Source of the DNA: Deinococcus radiodurans R1 = ATCC 13939 = DSM 20539
GTDB taxonomy: Bacteria; Deinococcota; Deinococci; Deinococcales; Deinococcaceae
Assembly (NCBI RefSeq): GCF_000008565.1
Contig: NC_001263.1
Coordinates: 429,623-461,622, forward strand
Length of the DNA: 32,000 bases
Direction: 5' to 3'
Both the position numbers and the translations under genes were made by a program. The notes under the pieces are model-generated. The model made no database searches and was not told the origin of the DNA. It saw only the letters and a list, made by a program, of their open reading frames with translations. Positions 25,293 to 32,000 of this stretch are shown one piece after another. Position 1 is the first letter of the stretch. Every line of letters begins with the position of its first letter.

Positions 25293-27221
25293 TCAGCCCG
25301 CTGCCGCCCCGCCCAGCCGCTCGCGCACCGTTTCGAGGGCGTCGGGGTTTTCCAGGCTCGTCAGGTCGCCCTTCACTTCGCCGGTCAGCAGCAGGTCGCG
25401 CAGGAGCCGGCGCATGATTTTGCCGCTGCGGGTGCGCGGGACGGTGGGGGTCACGACGACGCGGCCCGGACGGGCGATGGCGCCCACACCGGACACCACC
25501 GCGTCGGCAAGTTCGTTTTCTAGCCAGGTGAGGTCGGTGTCGAGGCGAATGCCCGCGCGCGGCACCACGAAGGCCACCGGCACCGCGCCCTTGATGTCGT
25601 CGGGCATCGCCACCACGGCGGCTTCGCTGACGGCGGGGTGGGTGAGCAGCGCGGCTTCCATCTCCATCGTGCCGAGGCGGTGCCCGGCCACGTTCATCAC
25701 GTCGTCCAGGCGGCCCGTGACCCACAGTTGCCCGTCGCTGTCGAGCAGGGCGGCGTCGGCGGCGGCGTACTTGCCGGGAAATTCGGACAGGTAGGTCTCC
25801 ACGTAGCGGTCATGGTCGCCCCACACGGTGCGGGCCAGGCAGGGGAAAGGCTCGGTCAGCGTCAGCGAGCCGAGTTCGTTGGGGCCGCAGGGCGTGCCGT
25901 CCTCGTGCACCACGGCGGCGCGGTAGCCGGGCAGCGGGTGCCCGCACGAGCCGGGGCGGCCTTCGGTGAGGCCCACCATGCTGCTCGCCCACGCGGTGCC
26001 GGTTTCGGTCTGACCGTAGGTGTTGTTGACGAAGAGCCTGCCGCCGCCGAGCACGTCGTGCGTCCAGTGCCAGGTTTCGGGGTCAAGCGGCTCGCCCACC
26101 AGCGCGACGAGTTGCAGCGGGCTCAGGTCGTACCGTGCCAGCGCTTCGTCGCCCGAGCGCCGCAGCATCCGCAGGGCGGTGGGCGCGGTAAACACCTTGT
26201 CGGCGCGGTACCTCTCGATGATCTGGTAGGGCCGCTCGGGCGTCGGCGTGTCGATGCTGCCCTCGTAAATCACGTGCGTCGCCCCGTGCGCCAGCCCGCC
26301 CACCAGCGCAAAAATCGGGAAGGTCAGCCAGCCCACGTCGGCGGTGCACCAGTACACGTCGTCGGGTTGCAGGTTGAGCGCCCACTTCACGTTGGCATAC
26401 GTCCCCGTCAGAAAGCCGATGCCGCTGTGAACCAGCCCCTTGGGTTTGCTCGTGGTGCCCGAGGTGTAGATGATGAAGCCGGGGTCGTTGGCGTCGAGCG
26501 AAACGGGCGCGGCGCGGCGGGTCGTTTTCTCCAGCAGCTCGGCGAAATCGAGTTCGTTCTCGCCCAGCGGCAGGAAGGGGTCCAGGCGACGGGCGACGAT
26601 GACGGTGGGCTTCTCCAACCCTTCAAGCGCCTCGTCGAGCGTCGCCTTGAGCGGAATGTTGCGCCCGCGCCGCAGCGTGCCGTCGGTGCAAACCACGACT
26701 TTGGGCTGCGCGTCGGTGAGCCGGTCGCGCACCGCCGACGCCGAAAAGCCCGCGAAGATGACCGAGTAGATCGCCCCGATGCGGTAGCAGGCATGAATGG
26801 CGATAAACGCTTCGGGCACGTTGGACAGATAAATCGCCACCCGGTCGCCCTTGTCCACGCCGAGGTCTTGCAATGCCGCCGCGAACCGGGCGGTGGCGTC
26901 GGTCAGGTCGCCGTAGCTCCACGTTTCCTTGAGGCCATCTTCGCGCTCGTAGTACAGCGCGACGCGGTTTTTGGGGTGACGGTCGAGGCAGTTGACGCTG
27001 ACGTTGCCCTTCGCGCCGGGGAAATACTGGAAGTCCCCGAAGGTGCCTTCGAGGGCGGTGGTCGGCGGCACGTCCCAGGTGAGTTCGCTGGCGACGCTCA
27101 GCCAGTAGTCGCCCGCGGGCATGTCGCGGAGCTGCTGCGCCCGCTCGGGCGTGACGGGGGCGGTCTTTTTCAGGGCGTCGGTGGGTGAAACGAGGGGAGT
27201 CGTCAAGAGTGCGGGGTCCAT
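25293..27221 (-). CDS. acs: acetyl-CoA synthetase family (AMP-forming acetate/short-chain acyl-CoA ligase)
   Basis: 642 aa with the AMP-binding motif YTSGTTSKPKG, YGQTETG, the NCLDRH N-terminal region and C-terminal PRTRSGKIMRR. GGAGGA lies 5 nt upstream of the ATG. Confidence 0.85.
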   Translation of the reverse strand: MDPALLTTPLVSPTDALKKTAPVTPERAQQLRDMPAGDYWLSVASELTWDVPPTTALEGTFGDFQYFPGAKGNVSVNCLDRHPKNRVALYYEREDGLKETWSYGDLTDATARFAAALQDLGVDKGDRVAIYLSNVPEAFIAIHACYRIGAIYSVIFAGFSASAVRDRLTDAQPKVVVCTDGTLRRGRNIPLKATLDEALEGLEKPTVIVARRLDPFLPLGENELDFAELLEKTTRRAAPVSLDANDPGFIIYTSGTTSKPKGLVHSGIGFLTGTYANVKWALNLQPDDVYWCTADVGWLTFPIFALVGGLAHGATHVIYEGSIDTPTPERPYQIIERYRADKVFTAPTALRMLRRSGDEALARYDLSPLQLVALVGEPLDPETWHWTHDVLGGGRLFVNNTYGQTETGTAWASSMVGLTEGRPGSCGHPLPGYRAAVVHEDGTPCGPNELGSLTLTEPFPCLARTVWGDHDRYVETYLSEFPGKYAAADAALLDSDGQLWVTGRLDDVMNVAGHRLGTMEMEAALLTHPAVSEAAVVAMPDDIKGAVPVAFVVPRAGIRLDTDLTWLENELADAVVSGVGAIARPGRVVVTPTVPRTRSGKIMRRLLRDLLLTGEVKGDLTSLENPDALETVRERLGGAAAG

Positions 27222-27343
27222 AGCAGTCCTCCGGGGGTGAATTGTGCGGTCTGCACAGAATAGCCGAAGAACCTAACGAACGTTTGTGAGGCTGTCTGAC
27301 CGTGAAAGCGTCGCCCGGCGCCGTTCCTGCGGCCCTGACCCTC

Positions 27344-27349
27344 TACAAT
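27344..27349 (+). promoter_or_regulatory. -10 box TACAAT, 7 nt upstream of the coaX GTG (leaderless-type)
   Basis: The sequence reads cctcTACAATcctccccGTG (GTG at 27357). Confidence 0.5.
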
Positions 27350-27356
27350 CCTCCCC

Positions 27357-28145
27357 GTGCCCGCTTTTCCCCTGCTCGCCGTGGACATCGGCAACACCAC
27401 CACCGTCCTGGGTCTGGCCGACGCCTCGGGCGCCCTGACCCACACCTGGCGGATTCGGACCAACCGCGAGATGCTGCCCGACGACCTCGCGCTGCAACTG
27501 CACGGGCTCTTTACCCTCGCCGGGGCGCCGATTCCCCGCGCCGCCGTGCTGAGCAGCGTGGCGCCCCCGGTGGGCGAAAACTACGCGCTCGCGCTCAAGC
27601 GGCACTTCATGATCGACGCTTTTGCCGTGAGTGCCGAGAACCTGCCCGACGTGACGGTGGAACTCGACACGCCGGGCTCGGTGGGTGCGGACCGCCTGTG
27701 CAACCTCTTCGGCGCCGAAAAGTACCTGGGGGGGCTGGACTACGCGGTGGTAGTGGATTTCGGGACCTCCACCAACTTTGACGTGGTGGGGCGGGGGCGG
27801 CGTTTCCTCGGCGGCATCCTCGCCACCGGAGCGCAGGTCAGCGCCGACGCCCTGTTCGCCCGCGCCGCCAAACTGCCGCGCATCACCCTGCAAGCGCCCG
27901 AGACGGCCATCGGCAAAAACACCGTCCACGCGCTGCAATCGGGCCTGGTCTTCGGCTACGCCGAGATGGTGGACGGCCTGCTGCGCCGCATCCGCGCCGA
28001 GTTGCCGGGCGAAGCGGTCGCCGTCGCCACTGGCGGCTTCTCGCGCACCGTGCAGGGGATTTGCCAGGAAATCGACTACTACGACGAAACGCTGACGTTG
28101 CGCGGGTTGGTGGAGCTGTGGGCGAGCCGTTCGGAGGTCCGCTGA
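27357..28145 (+). CDS. coaX: type III pantothenate kinase
   Basis: LLAVDIGNTTTVLG N-terminal phosphate-1 motif and GADRL, VVDFGTSTNFD, GG...ATGG motifs of the ASKHA-fold CoaX. Confidence 0.9.
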   Translation: MPAFPLLAVDIGNTTTVLGLADASGALTHTWRIRTNREMLPDDLALQLHGLFTLAGAPIPRAAVLSSVAPPVGENYALALKRHFMIDAFAVSAENLPDVTVELDTPGSVGADRLCNLFGAEKYLGGLDYAVVVDFGTSTNFDVVGRGRRFLGGILATGAQVSADALFARAAKLPRITLQAPETAIGKNTVHALQSGLVFGYAEMVDGLLRRIRAELPGEAVAVATGGFSRTVQGICQEIDYYDETLTLRGLVELWASRSEVR

Positions 28146-29047
28146 TGGGCCGCCTCGTCAGTTTGCTGCCGAGCGCCACCGACCTGATTTTTGAGCTGGG
28201 CCTCGGCGAACAGCTACTCGGCGTGAGCCACTGCTGTGACCATCCCGGCGCGGCGAGCCTGCCAGTGCTGACGCGCAGCATCATCGGCTCTGACCTGCCG
28301 CAGGCCGAGATCGACCGCGCCGTGAGCGAGGCGGTGCGCGCGGGCCGGGCGCTGTATACGGTGGACGGCCCGCTGCTGGACAGGCTCCGGCCCGATCTCG
28401 TCGTCACCCAGGGCGTGTGTGAGGTCTGCGCGGTGACGCCCGGCACGGTGGCCGAGGCGGTGCGGTTTCTTCCTGGTTGCCTGCCCGCCGAGCAGGTGCT
28501 GAGCTTGGAAGGCAAAACCTTCGCGGGCATCCTTGCCGATCTGCGGGCGCTGGCGCGGGCCGCCGGGGTGCGGGAGCGCGGGGAGGCCCTGGCCGCCGAG
28601 TCGGAGCGGCGCTGGAACGCCATTCGGCCTGTCGGGGTTCAGGTCCCGGAGCCGCCCCGCGTGCTCACGCTGGAATGGGTGGACCCGCCCTTCTACGGCG
28701 GCCACTGGGTGCCCGAGCAGGTGGCGCAGGCTGGGGGAAAGGACGTGCTGGGCCATGCCGGACGCGACAGCGGGCGTACGAGCTGGGAAGACGTAGTGCA
28801 ACTTGACCCCGACGTGATCGTGGTGATGTGCTGCGGCTATGGCCTGAGCGACAACGCCGAGTTCGCCCGGCAGGTGCTCTCTCATCCCGAACTGCGGGCG
28901 GTGCGCGCGGGGCAGGTGTGGGGGGTGGACGCGAACGCGCATTTTTCGCGGCCCTCGCTCGGCGTGGTGCGCGGGGCCGAGGTGCTCGCGGCGCTGCTGC
29001 GCGGAGAAGAAAGCGCGGGGGAGAGTGTGCGGGTGAGAGCGGAATAG
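28145..29047 (+). CDS. BtuF/FhuD-like (class III periplasmic-binding-protein fold) protein lacking a signal peptide
   Basis: MGRLVSLLPSATDLIFELGLGEQLLGVSH is the typical first beta-alpha unit of cobalamin/siderophore binding proteins, with no preceding signal or lipobox. The ATG at 28145 overlaps the coaX TGA by 1 nt. Confidence 0.7.
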   Translation: MGRLVSLLPSATDLIFELGLGEQLLGVSHCCDHPGAASLPVLTRSIIGSDLPQAEIDRAVSEAVRAGRALYTVDGPLLDRLRPDLVVTQGVCEVCAVTPGTVAEAVRFLPGCLPAEQVLSLEGKTFAGILADLRALARAAGVRERGEALAAESERRWNAIRPVGVQVPEPPRVLTLEWVDPPFYGGHWVPEQVAQAGGKDVLGHAGRDSGRTSWEDVVQLDPDVIVVMCCGYGLSDNAEFARQVLSHPELRAVRAGQVWGVDANAHFSRPSLGVVRGAEVLAALLRGEESAGESVRVRAE

Positions 29048-29063
29048 TTCTGGGTGACTGACT

Positions 29064-29094
29064 AAAAAAAGCCCTCTCCCGAGAAGAGAGGGGC
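29064..29094 (-). terminator. rho-independent terminator of treY
   Basis: The minus strand reads GCCCCTCTC-TTCTCGG-GAGAGGGC followed by T7 (the complement of A7 at 29064-29070), 27 nt after the TAA. Confidence 0.75.
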
Positions 29095-29120
29095 CTGGAG
29101 AGTGGACGACGGCGCGGTCT

Positions 29121-32000
<2,880 letters not shown>

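Noticed and set aside
25175-25794. ORFs 25175..25417 and 25216..25794 starting in the repeat region
   Set aside because: They begin inside the SNR-like element and then run antisense to the well-supported acs gene.

Overview
High-GC bacterial chromosomal segment with the hallmarks of Deinococcus, probably D. radiodurans-like. That assignment is my inference from the gene set, small intergenic repeats, treY and many leaderless-type gene starts. The window is mostly core housekeeping, with about 31 protein genes on both strands and no rRNA, tRNA, CRISPR array, transposase or prophage genes that I can see. In order, the genes are: rtcB 3' end; SAM methyltransferase; NarL-type response regulator; small Cys-rich ORF; signal-less class A beta-lactamase-fold protein; a cytochrome bc operon (cytochrome c, Rieske, cytochrome b); two small hypotheticals; IscA/ErpA; ruvC; PrsW-like protease; pilT; pyrimidine-nucleoside phosphorylase; GT4 glycosyltransferase; HExxH DUF2268-like protein; IsdG-like monooxygenase; pyrE; small HTH protein; RNase H-like protein; PIG-L deacetylase; glnA; an RNase Sa/barstar pair; uppP; APH(6)-like kinase; exbB-exbD plus a giant Pro/Ala/Gly-rich membrane-anchored protein and a secreted protein; acs; coaX; a signal-less BtuF-like binding protein; and treY (5' end outside the window). 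Four things are most worth a second look. (1) The ExbB/ExbD (TolQ/TolR-like) motor operon has an 839-aa third gene that is far longer than classical TonB or TolA and ends in a domain I cannot match to TonB_C. (2) Three genes (Rieske, PrsW-like, DUF2268-like) have apparent single-base frame disruptions, which suggests sequence errors or real pseudogenisation. (3) A TANNNT-like -10 box lies 5-7 nt upstream of at least 14 start codons, the architecture of leaderless mRNA. (4) Intergenic regions carry several small inverted-repeat elements, one with a canonical G-quadruplex motif. All function calls come from motif recognition by eye; no database search was run.
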